This document shows positions 39,027 to 49,545 of a stretch of DNA of 64,000 nt, piece by piece. The position numbers were made by a program, and so were the translations under genes. The notes below the pieces were generated by a model, which did no database searches, had not been told where the DNA came from, and worked only from the letters and a program-made list of their open reading frames with translations. Origin of the DNA: Mobula hypostoma (taxonomy: Eukaryota); the NCBI RefSeq assembly GCF_963921235.1, contig NC_086107.1:115198001-115262000 (forward strand), read 5' to 3'. The stretch's first letter is position 1; every line of letters starts with the position of its first letter.

Positions 39027-39709
39027 CTGGAGAGAGAGAGAGAAAGGGAGAGAGATAGGGGAAGGGGGAGAGATGGGGAGGGGGGAGATAAATCACAATT
39101 GAGAAGGTTATATTGACCCCACACTCATTCCACAACTGGATGCTGGACTGGGTGATGTTTAAACGCATTCCCCATGCTCGATGCTTTCCCCAACACAACC
39201 CCTCCCCCACTTGCGATCCTATATCCCCTCAGGGAACTCTCCCCCCTCTCCACACCCCCGCGTTCCCATCACCACCACCACCCACCCCCAGTTCTGACCC
39301 TACCCTCACACACACACACACGCAGACATACGCTCCAGGAAAGCAAGCCACCTGAGGTGCGGTGGGAGAGAACCACGTGGGTCCTGGTGCGTGGTGAGGG
39401 AAGAGAGGGATCATGAGGATGGGGTTGGGAATGAGAGGTGAGGGGCTGGGTGAGCAGGGGATGGGGGTAGTCTTCACACACACACACACACGCACAGCCA
39501 GGACATGTTCCACAGAAACAGCAGAGGGTGGTGATATGGAGGGAGGAGGGGGGAGGGGTTGGTGGAGTGAGGAGGAGAGGGCAGCTTAGAGGAGCGAGAA
39601 GACTGACACACAGTGATTAAAGCCATGCAGATGGTATGAGAGGATGAGTCCAGTGTGTGGATGGCAGGGGAGGGCCGGGTAAGGGAGTGGCGGGAGGAGG
39701 CTGACTTAC

Positions 39710-39809
39710 ACACAGTGATTAGCTCCCATGGAGATGGTATGACAGGATGAGTCAGGCGTGTGGGGAGGGGCCTCAGTGCCCACCGGGCAAACACCAACGC
39801 GCTCACGGC
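39710..39809 (-). CDS. SH2B1: SH2B1 beta-type 100-nt cassette exon
   Basis: ctccacag|GC...CACTGTGT|gtaagt; encodes GRERVGVCPVGTEAPPHTPDSSCHTISMGANHCV then NEHLS* in the last exon, resembling mammalian beta GREQAG...DASC...GASDCVTDHLP*. Confidence 0.85.
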
Positions 39810-41015
39810 CTGTGGAGATGCACCAACATAAACAGGCCAGTCATCAACAGGGTGGTGGGGGTGGGGAGGAGGGGTGGGAGAGAGGGAGGAGCTGAGGGAG
39901 TCAGGAGGGAAGAGTGGCAGAGGGAGGGAGGGAGGGAAGGGGAGAGAGGGAAGCATGCAGAAGATGGAGGGTAAAGCAGGGGGCAGTGGGTTGGCAGGTA
40001 GGGACGGAGGGGGCAGGCAGAGGAGGGACGAAGGGGCAACAGAGGGGGGAGGAGGGGACAGGCAAAGGAGGGGGGAAGAATGGGGCAGGCAGCAGGGGGA
40101 GGCACGGGGACAAGTGGAGGAGGGGAGCAACAGGGGGAGGAATGGGGCAGGCAGCGGGGGGGAGGAAAGGAGTAAATGTGATGGAATGGAGGGGTGGAGA
40201 GACGTGAACAATACTGTCTTCAATAGCACACACACGCAGGGGACTGTGATCTACTGGGAATGCGCGGTGATGCCAGCATGTTAACCAGATTACAGAATGA
40301 CGGGTTGAGGGTGGGTTTAAGGTGTGTGGTAGAGGGTTGGTAGGGTTGGGGTGGTGGAATAGAGTGTAGGGCTGTGAATCTCTCATGTGGTGGAAAAGAT
40401 CAAGGCAGGTGGCAGGGGATTGGTGGGGTGTGGGAGGGTCAAGGGCAGAAACCCTGCCCCTCCCTTGACGGCCCACTCTCACCCAGACCCTAGTCCAAGT
40501 CAGGGCCTGACTCCCGGCTCTCCCTCCCACCTGTTGCTCCACGCACATATGCCGCCAAGTTAAGGGGAAGACCATTCAGATGATTTGCTGTTCACAGATG
40601 AGCGATGAGGCTGGGGTGGGGTGTCTGGTGGGAGCCTCCATCTGCCGGGAGCGAGCGGCGCTGTTACGCAACATTTCATAGGGTCTGCGTGGCGGTGTCA
40701 TTAAAAATTATAACGGGGTAAAGGGGACAGGACAGTCTGTGTGGGGTTACCCAATGCTGAATTCTACGTACAAAATTATAACGTGAATAACGGAACGGCG
40801 TGCGCGTCACCGCACCACAATAGCTTCACAGGAAAGTAGACCGGGGACAAAGGGACAGTGTGTGTGGACCACCCCGGCACGACGTTCACACCCGAATCAA
40901 GAGTTTGCGCACGCGATTACGATGAGCAGCTCAGTGTCGGGAAGTGCAAAGGCTCCACCCACCCCGTCCCATCCTCCCCCACTGCCGGCGAGCCAAGGAT
41001 TACAACCGCACTCAC

Positions 41016-41187
41016 CGTGGGACCGCTGGCAGGACACCACGTAGCTGGCCAGCGTCACGTCACTGGAGCCGCCGGATTCCAGCGGGATGGGGTGGACACG
41101 GAAGTGTTCCAGCATGTCAAAGATGGTCTGGAACCAGAGGTGTTGCACACGGCACTGGTTCTCATCGTTGATGGAGAGGCGGAGGTG
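41016..41187 (-). CDS. SH2B1: SH2B1 exon, SH2 domain C-terminal half
   Basis: [51 protein letters not shown]; cag / gtgagt; 172 nt. Confidence 0.95.
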
Positions 41188-41452
41188 CTGCCGAATTCAC
41201 ATCCATTATCATCAATCGGAACTGCTGTTCCTGTTCTGAGAACTCCTCTCCATCACCCCCTCCCCTCTCCCCGTCTCTGAATGCTCCTTCCCTCTGATTC
41301 CCATTTTCGCAACACCCTCCCTCCCTTCCCTTGTCTGCTGCCTCTGTCCCCCCCCTCGCCATCTCTGCCTCCTCTATTCCTACTGCCCCTCCCCTCTCCC
41401 CGTCTATTCCACCCCTGCACTCACTACTCCATCCCACATCCCCCCCCCTCAC

Positions 41453-41667
41453 CTTGGCCTTGCCCTGGAAGTTGAAGGTCAGGACGTACTCTCCTCTCCG
41501 GGTCTCACTCTGTCTCACCAGGAAGACGCCGTGGCTGTTGACTCCCCCCGCCAACACCAGCTGTGCGGCCTTCAGGCGGGAGAGGGTCCCATGGAACCAG
41601 GGGTACTCAGAGAGAGGGTGATCTCCCTCCCCCAGGTCCTGGTCGATCTGGAAAATGAAGGGTGAGC
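41453..41667 (-). CDS. SH2B1: SH2B1 exon, SH2 domain N-terminal half
   Basis: [55 protein letters not shown] with FLVR motif; 215 nt. Confidence 0.96.
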
Positions 41668-42010
41668 CTGCAGAGAGGGCATGGAAACATGGAAAATGTC
41701 ACCAGGTCATAGGGCCGTAATGACAGGCCTTCTCGGCCCAAATGGTCCCTGCCAGCCCAGTTTCCCAGCTGCCTGCATTTAGCCCATCTCGCTCTGAACC
41801 TTTCCCGTTCGTGTACCCGTCCCAGTATCGGTTTGTCAATGTTCATTCAAGAGATGAGGCTAGCATGATCATCTGCCTGCCCCCTCCCATCCCATGCCTC
41901 CCACTTTCACCCCTCCCTCCCCTTCCCCACACCTCCCCACTTCCCCCTCCCTCCCCTCCCGCCTCCAGCCCCCCCCACCCCATTGACCCCAAGCCCCTGC
42001 AGTAGTGTAC

Positions 42011-42199
42011 CTGCTGTGTCGGGGGTGTCCGGGAGTGGGGTGGGGAGGGTCTGTAACCTCTCCAGCGTCTCCTCGATGGGGATGCGGGGGGGTAGCTCCG
42101 GAGGGGAGAGCTCCAGTGAGCCAAAGCGGGTGGGGGTGACGGAGACAGAGCTGGGGGAGACGGAGGTGGACGGGCGGTCCGACAGCCCACCGTAGGCAC
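42011..42199 (-). CDS. SH2B1: SH2B1 exon (PH-SH2 linker)
   Basis: [18 protein letters not shown]...[12 protein letters not shown]...DTPDTA, characteristic of SH2B1; 189 nt, phase 1-1. Confidence 0.92.
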
Positions 42200-42382
42200 C
42201 TGTGGGAGGCAGAGCACATGGTCAGACCGGCCATGCAAGGGGGAGGAAATGGAAAAGTGAAGGAAGAGAGAGGATGGGAAGAGGGCAGAGAGGTGACGAG
42301 AGAGAGGAGTGGGTGGAGGGAGGATATACCTTGTTCGATGGAAAGGACTCGGGGTGTGGGGGAGATGGGGGTAAGGACATAC

Positions 42383-42489
42383 CTTGTGAGATATGTTCTG
42401 CACTGCTGCAGGGCAGGATGGGCAGGTCTCTGCTGGGCATACTCTCTGAGTGGTTCACACATCCCAGGCTTGTCTGCTCCTCGCCGTCT
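42383..42489 (-). CDS. SH2B1: SH2B1 exon (linker)
   Basis: ttgttgcag|A GAC...CAA G|gtatgt; DGEEQTSLGCVNHSESMPSRDLPILPCSSAEHISQ; phase 2-1 fits both neighbours. Confidence 0.88.
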
Positions 42490-42864
42490 CTGCAACAACA
42501 GAGGGGGGAGGGGGGTTAAACTGCTTCCTCTCACGTGCCGCCGTGCCAGTTCCTCCTCCCCAGAGACACCAGCCTGAAAGCGAATCATCGCAGGCATCAA
42601 GGAGAGGGCATGGGGCCCTGTTCTCAAGGGAGCCTCCTCCCAACAACCCCTGTGCATCGGGAATACCACCTCCCTCATTGTTCAACCCAACCCCTTTGCG
42701 ACAGATCAGGCAAATGAGGAGGCAAACCGGAGTGAGATAGGGTCGTCCGGCTAGAGCAACCAACGACACTTGACATCTCACCGCCGCAGTCTGAGGTTCC
42801 CCACCTACTTTGAAAGGGCAATAATCATCACATCAGAGTCAGAACACACTGGTCAGAAATAATA

Positions 42865-42995
42865 AAGACAAGAAATCCTACAGATGCTGGAAATCCAAAG
42901 CAACACACAGAAAATGCTGGAGGATCTCAGGAGGTCAGGCAGCATCTATGGAAAGGAATAAAGAGACGTTTCGGGCCGAGAGCCTTCTTCAGGGT
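42865..42995 (-). mobile_element. Penelope terminal fragment with hammerhead-like core
   Basis: Minus strand CCTGAAGAAGGCTCTCGGCCCGAAACGTC...ATAGATGCTGCC...CCAGCATCTG. Confidence 0.7.
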
Positions 42996-43066
42996 GTAAG
43001 AGATATCAGGAGTAGGCAACTGGTGTTGAAAGGGTGCGCAGCCCCGAGCTGCTGAGTGTCAACGTG

Positions 43067-43332
43067 TGGGCAGCATGGTAGCGCAGTGGTGAGCACAACA
43101 CTCTGCAGCGCCAGCAACCCCGGTTCAAGTCCCGTCGCTGCCTGTCAGGAGTTCGAATGTTCCACCCCGACTGCGTGGGTTTCCCCCGCATGATCCAGTT
43201 TTCTCCCACAGTCCAAAGGTTAGCAGGTCACTGTAAATCGTCGTGTGATGAGGCTAGGGTTAAATAGGTGGTTCACTGGGCGGTAAAGTGTGTTGGTCCA
43301 GAAAGGGCTGTTACAAGCTGCATCTCTAAGTA
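43067..43332 (+). mobile_element. HE1/V-SINE (tRNA-derived)
   Basis: A box TGGTAGCGCAGTGG, B box GGTTCAAGTCC, V-domain CTGCGTGGGTTTCC...TTTCTCCCACAGTCCAAAG, CR1-like tail. Confidence 0.8.
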
Positions 43333-43377
43333 AATATCCCGTCCCAGCATACCCGTCCACGTAGGCACGCCACTCAC

Positions 43378-43469
43378 CCAGGGCTCATGCACTCCTGAAT
43401 ATCGGCCAGCCAGGACTTCATCTGCAGAGAATCGACTGTCTCCAAGATGTAATCCGTCAGGTCGTCCGT
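43378..43469 (-). CDS. SH2B1: SH2B1 exon, PH domain end
   Basis: [31 protein letters not shown]; cag / gtgagt; 92 nt. Confidence 0.93.
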
Positions 43470-43559
43470 CTGCCAGAGTTGGGGGAACGGTGAAAGGTCA
43501 GTTCAACAATAAACAGCCTAGCCCTTTGGTGCTGAGGTAGGTGTCCTCACCTCCTTCAG

Positions 43560-43935
43560 GGTCTGACAGAGTGAAAATCTCTCCACGCTCTCCCTTCACA
43601 CAAGCCCAGGGTCAGATACAATGTGGGGCTCCCTCACACACTTCCAGAATTAGTCAGAGTGAGTCACCCTCCACACCACCCCTTCACACACTCCCAGGGT
43701 CAGACACAGAGTGAAGCTCCCTCCACACCGTCCCATCAAACACTCCCGGGGTCAGACACAGAGTGAATCTCCCTCCACACCGTCCCATCAAACACTCCCG
43801 GGGTCAGACACAGAGTGAAGCTCCCTCTACACCGTCCCATCACACACTCCCGGGGTCAGACACAGAGTGAAGCTCCCTCCACACCGTCCCATCACACACT
43901 CCCAGGGTCAGACACAGAGTGAAGTTCCCTCTATG
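43560..43935. repeat. 52-bp minisatellite in inverted orientation within an SH2B1 intron
   Basis: CCCGGGGTCAGACACAGAGTGAAGCTCCCTCCACACCGTCCCATCACACACT; ~5 good units plus degenerate ones. Confidence 0.93.
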
Positions 43936-43975
43936 CTGTCTTTCAAAAATAATCAAGACGAATATAGATTGTTAC

Positions 43976-44077
43976 CTTTAATACAAAAGTATTCTCCTTG
44001 TCTGGCATCTCAAGGGAAGTACTCGTTCTAACATCCACAATTGAGGAGCAAAGAATACTGACACGAGGTTTGGTGGC
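43976..44077 (-). CDS. SH2B1: SH2B1 exon, PH domain
   Basis: [34 protein letters not shown]; tttcag / gtaaca; 102 nt. Confidence 0.94.
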
Positions 44078-44104
44078 CTGAAACACAAGAAAAGACAATG
44101 ATAC

Positions 44105-44650
44105 AGTGATATCCCAGCCTGTAACTCCTGTGGAATCTATTATTTTATAGATAAAACGCCTGAACCGGAGGATTGGATCCCATCTTGTAGTCAACTGGGA
44201 ATCCGCGATTTTGCACACAAAATGCCATCCACCTCCCGAAACCCTGTAGATTCGCCTCTGTAACCCACATCTGGGGTTTGGCAATTCTGAATTTCAACAC
44301 CCTCAACTCTAATTAGATCCCAGCCTGTTACCCACTGCTGGGGATCTGTTCTCTGTACAAGCACTCCCCCCCCCCTAAAATACCAGATTAGATCCCAACC
44401 TGTAAGCATTTCTGGGGATCTGGTAATCTATATATAATTCCTCACGAACCCCGGCACTAGATCACAGTAACCCCTAATTAAAATTTTAGTCTATAACCCT
44501 CTCCTGCACATACTACTCTATACATGAAAACACTGAATCCCAAGCTTAGATCCCTGTATGTAACCCACCCACCGATCCGGCATGATCTCCCGTTTTGGAG
44601 GACTGTTATTGTACATATAAACCCCATGAATCACTGGATTAGATATCCCT
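44105..44650. repeat. Degenerate inverted copies of the 68-bp minisatellite in an SH2B1 intron
   Basis: Recurrent ATTAGATCCCAGCCTGTAACCCAC...GGGATCTG, the reverse of 24350-25012. Confidence 0.8.
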
Positions 44651-44679
44651 GCCCGCTCTGAAGGAAGGTAGTGGTTTAC

Positions 44680-45441
44680 CTTTGGTGGGACATAGAACTC
44701 CAGCCGGTAGCCCTCTTCCTGGCTGGCTTGACGTAGCACCAACCGGCACTTACTCCACCGTGCCCTACCGCCGCTGATTGCTTCCTCGGCCGCCACGTAG
44801 TTGAGGAGGCCCGTCCGCCTGACCTCGCGGGGGTCCAGGGCGGGGGGTCGCTGTGGGCTCCTGCCCAGCCTCAGCCTCTCAAGGCGGTGGGACCAGCGCT
44901 CGGAGGTCGGCTCCCTCGCTCCGCCTGCCTCCTCCGATGCCTCCTCCTCTTCGGAAGCCCCCGTTCCACCTCCTCCTCCTCCACTCCTCCAATGGAGAAT
45001 CCCCCTGACACTTCCCCTGACCGAGCGTCCGACGCTCCTGAGGGAGAATCGTTTGCGCAGACGGGGCTTGGAGAGTGGACGGGGGCCCGGCAACTCCTCT
45101 GTGCTACGGGAGAGGTGGGCAGGGGGTGAGGAGGGGGATGGGGTGGGTGAAGGTGAGGGAGAGGGGGCCGGGGAGGAGGAGGAGGGGGGAGCACCCCCTC
45201 CTCCGGCAGCCAGCTCCTGCCGGAAACGGTCCAGGAAGTGGCGGACGAAGTGTCGGGAGAGGGCTGAGCCCCCCCCAGGCACCTCCTGGTTGGGGTGGAG
45301 GGCCAGGAATCGCCGGCAGCGCCGGGCAAAGTCGGCAGCTGCGGCGGCAGCCTGGAGCTCACAGAAGTCCTGCCAGGCTGGGGGCTCCAGGGGTGGGTTT
45401 TCTGATTCCCCCGAAGGGGGGGGCGTCAAGGAACCGTTCAT
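44680..45441 (-). CDS. SH2B1: SH2B1 first coding exon (Phe-zipper dimerisation domain, NLS, PH start)
   Basis: MNG...WQDFCELQAAAAAADFARR...; KPRLRKRFSLRSVGRSVRGSVRGILHWR; WSHRLERLRL; WSKCRLVLR...LEFYVPPK|gtaaac; acceptor at 45484-45485. Confidence 0.95.
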
Positions 45442-46073
45442 GGCACTAGAGGGTGGGGGTGGGGATGTGGTGAGGAAGGTCAGCTGTAGGGAAAGGGGAG
45501 AGGGGAAAGGGACAGAGAAGGGAGGCAGAAGAAAGAGGAGGACAATGAGGGAGGAGATAGGATAGGAAGGAGTGTAGGGATAGAGGCAAATAAGGAAAGT
45601 GGGAGGGGGAAAAGAGATTTAGTGAGATATTTGCCAGTGAAGACACTTTACCCTGAAATGGTCACCCATCCAGTGGCCCGACACGACCTGTTGACCCCTC
45701 AGCCGTGCAGACACACCCCCTCCCACTTTTCAACCCCTTATGCTCACTTCCAACCCCCACCCTCAGCAATGACCCTTGACACCAGTAATGACCCCTCACC
45801 CCCAATGTGACCCCTCAAACCGTGCAGAACCATCGCCCTCTGTCGTGACCCCCTCATCACAACTCTCACATCCAATTGACCTCGTACACAATGCTGACCC
45901 CTCACCCCAATAATATCCCCTCAACTTCACTTTTCACCCTTCATCCCCAATATTGACCTCTCACCCCCGAATAAACAGCCCCAACGCTGAACCTTCACAC
46001 CAAATGCTGACCCTCATCCCTTCCCTCCCCCCCCACCAGCGCTGCCCACCCAAGCCGACCAGAGAGCCCTCAC

Positions 46074-46215
46074 CTCGCCCTGTCCTGGGCCTGCTCCCCC
46101 GGCCCGCCCTCCATGCAGTGCGGCCTGTGCGCTGGCACCTGTGGACTGAAGCCTGAGGCTCACTTGTCCGCCCTCCACCGCCCGGCCGCTCACTCACTCG
46201 ATCTATGCCTCCGTG
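46074..46215 (-). other. SH2B1: Probable SH2B1 non-coding exon 1
   Basis: CpG-rich, strong donor GAG|gtgagg at 46074/46073, adjoins the promoter; 5' end approximate. Confidence 0.6.
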
Positions 46216-47345
46216 CGCGTCTGCCGCCGGCCGGAAACCTCCTCCCTCCCCCTCCAACGGGGCCCCTGATTGACAGTCAGCTCCGCCAATCATTCATTAG
46301 CTCCCACCCTCTATCCCAGAGAGAACCAATCAGCACAGGGTCGACCCCTGACCGACGGCCGGACCTGCCAATGCACCACCCCGCTGCTCCCGCACTCCCT
46401 CCGGCCAATAAAATCTTCTGTTCCCGCCCGTTCCGAGAAGCCCAATCATCAGCCGGGTGGCAATCCGTCCCGCCAATCGGCTTCGCCAAGCCGGCCGCCG
46501 CATCGGCCAAACAACCTTCTGCTTCCGCCCACCCGCGCCGATTTGACCAATAATCCAGCGCGCTGGGTGCTGACTGGCACCCTGCCTGCTAATCAGCTCC
46601 GCCGCCAAACAACCCCCCCCTGCTCCCGCCCATCCACGCAGAGACAAACAATCACGCGTCGCTCAAGATTTTGATTGCCAGCACAGCTCCGCCAATCGGC
46701 TCCGCCACGCTCCTCGCGTCGTCGGCCAAACAAGATCCTGCTCCCGCCCACCCGCGGTGAAGTAAGCAACCTGCCGCCGTGCAAGCTGATGAATCTGGCG
46801 CGCACCGCCAATCAGATTCGCGGCAAAACAACCCTTTTCCTCCCACCTGCGCTAAGAAAACCAATCAAGCACCGAAGAACATGCCCATTGATACGTCGAT
46901 CCACCAATCGACTCCGCCTCTCGAGCCAGCTGTGCTCCCGCCCTCCCGCGCAGCAGGAGACAATTAATCGGTGTGCACGCTGATGACCGACATCGGGTAC
47001 GAGCAATGGGATTCGCCCCTCACACCGCTTCTTCGGCAAACAACTCCCGTCCCGCCCACCCGCGCAAGGCAACCAATGACTCGTCACGCTGTCAGTGCCC
47101 GCCACCAATCGGACCCGCTGTCTGCTTCTAACCAATCACCCTTCAGCTCCTGCCCAGCCGAACTGAGGCAACCAATTACCGGACGGCTCGGGTTGTAACT
47201 CCATTCACAAATGCTGGGGGTGGAGGCTGGTGTGGAGTAAACAGGCGGCATGAACCCGCCCTTGGATCTTGATTGATGGCTGAGAGTCCAATCGGACGGA
47301 AGAGTGTGAGAGCGTTGCACCTATAAAGGTTTCTGGCCTCCTCAT
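46215..47345. promoter_or_regulatory. CpG-island promoter with 16 CCAAT boxes and multiple GC boxes
   Basis: CCAAT at 46286, 46326, 46368, 46405, 46442, 46473, 46547, 46692, 46808, 46861, 46904, 47073, 47105, 47132, 47172, 47288; repeated CCGCCC; TATAAA at 47322. Confidence 0.8.
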
Positions 47346-47939
47346 TCACAAGGACGCTAGTGGAGAGGAGGTGCATCAGGATGCTGGCTGCATTAGAGAG
47401 CGTAGGAAGATTTCGGATAAGCAGGTTGATTATTTTTAATCTGGTGCGGCGGAAGCTGATGAGAGACCTGATATATAAGATTGTGAGCTGCATTAGAAAT
47501 GAAATTGGTTCATTATCGTCCCATATACTGGGGTACTGGTCTTGTAAACAGTTCATTCAGATCACATTGTCACAGTGTGCAAGGCAAAACGATAACAGAA
47601 TTCTGAATAAAGTGTTACACTGAGAAAGTGCAGTGCAGGCAGACAATAAGTTGCAAGAGCCACGGTGAGATTATTGTGAGGTCAAGTGTTTGTCTTATGT
47701 TGATACAGGGCTGTTCAACACTCTTATAAGAGTGTGATAGAGCCTGCTGGATTGTGCTGGGAGAAGAGAGAATGTCCAGGGTAAGTGGGTTCCTTGATTT
47801 TGCTGGCTGCATTACCAATATAGTGGGAAGTGTAGACAGAGTCCATGGGGGGGGGGGGTTGTTTCTGTGATATGCTAAGTTGTGTCCACAACTCTGTAGG
47901 CATAGGTAGAGCAAGTGTCATACCAAGTTGTGATGCATT

Positions 47940-49545
47940 TGGATAGGAGGACTGTGGTGGTGGAGAGGAACTGGTTGGGTCTGGTGTCCTGAAAGAAATG
48001 GGGAGCTTTGAGGCCTCCCTGGTGGGAGATGGAGGTGTATAGTGACTGGACATCCAGTGAAAATAAAATAATTGGGCTAGGGAATTTGAAATTATTGAAA
48101 AGATCAAGAGTGTATGAAGTGTCACGGATGTAGGTAGGAAGGGACTGACCCAGGGGGGATAAAACTGAGTTGAGGTATCCAGATATGAGTTCAGTGGGGC
48201 AGAAACAATGGGCCTACCTGGACAGGCAGATTTGTGGATCTTGGGTAGGTGGTAGAAATGGGAGGTGTGGGAACTATGATGTTGGTGGCAGCGAATGGGA
48301 GGTCCTCAGAGTTCATAATTTGGTGTGGGGGTCCTGTTCGAGGGGTAAATATGAGGAGGTGGTTGACAGTTGTTGCCAGGCCTCAGCAAGGTAGAGGTTA
48401 GGCTGCCAGACTACTACAGCACCTCCCCCTCATCTGTGGGCTTGATGGTGAGGTTAGGATTGGTACAGAGAGTGGGGAGTGTGCATTCTGAAGGAGTGAG
48501 ATTGGAATTGGAATAAAAGGTGGTGAAGTCAAGATGGTTGATGTCCTGCTGGCAATGAAAAGTTCCAGAGCAGATAGAAGACCAGAGTGGGGTGTCCAGG
48601 AAGAGGAGGAGGAGGAGGAGGGTTGAAGATGGACGAAGGGGTCATTGGTGTGGGGTGGAAAGTCCTGTCCTTGTTTGGAGACAAAGGCAGCAGAAGAAGA
48701 GCTCAGCATCATGGTGGGCGCAGAACTCACTGAGGTGCTGGCGCCAGGGAACAAAGGTGAGGCCCTTTCTGAGGACAGAGCGTTCTGCCTCAGAGGGGAA
48801 GATCAGAGGGAATGGTAAAGTTCTGGCATGGATGAAAGGGAGGAAATGGGTTTGCAGTGTCAGAGCAGAGGGGAAGGTGAGCTCTCCAAGGACCCAAGAG
48901 GTGGCGATGGGACCTGAGACAGACAGGATTGCAGACTCGTAGTGGGGGAAGGGGCGATGGGAGTGTGGGGTGTTGTCAGTGCCAGTGTGCAAAGTTCCAG
49001 CCTGGATGTGCTGGAGGTCTAGGCTGGAGGTAGAAGTTGCATATTCGGCACTTTGGAGATGTCCGAGGTCGTCAGAACCCACATTGATGGCGGTGGAGTC
49101 TGGGTCTTCGAATCTGCTCTGGATCGTTGGAGCCGTTGAGATCAGCAGCAGGGATTGTGGTCTGGAGACGTCTGTGCCTGCTGGTGTCGGAGACGGTGGA
49201 TTCCGTAGTCTGTACACAGGCAATCTTCTGATCCTTGTAGGACATGAGAAAGTCAAAGAACTGACGAGTGAAAGTGTGGATCTGGGGGAGGATAAAGTAG
49301 CAGACAGGCAGTGCAGAGTAACCCAGAGTTGTGGGAGTGACTGGGATAGGGACTCTGGGTATCTCCTCATGGCGGAAAGCACCACACAGTAGAACATGGT
49401 GGAAGAAGCAGTCAATTGAATGTGAATACCTGGGGTCCTGAAAGGCCCGAATCAAGAGGCTTGAAAATGGATCTGGAAGTTATGTGGTACAAGCTGGCAT
49501 CGAAGATATGTTCCCAGGAAAGATGCACGACTGTGGTACTCTCCT
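47940..49545 (-). mobile_element. Penelope-like element, inverted 5' portion
   Basis: Minus strand SEAERSVLRKGLTFVP, GAVVVW, LDVQSLYTSISHQ, PNQFLSTTT. Confidence 0.85.

Noticed and set aside
40483..40684. Extra SH2B1 cassette exon (cgcag acceptor at 40685; donors at 40530 and 40482)
   Set aside because: Weak pyrimidine tract, in-frame stop and no resemblance to known isoforms; unsupported without RNA data
38599..45441. Assignment as SH2B2/APS or SH2B3/LNK
   Set aside because: [43 protein letters not shown] and the beta cassette are SH2B1 features
44801..45565. Plus-strand ORFs antisense to SH2B1 exons (also 38234-39013)
   Set aside because: Shadow ORFs of GC-rich coding sequence, mostly with non-ATG starts and no recognisable domains
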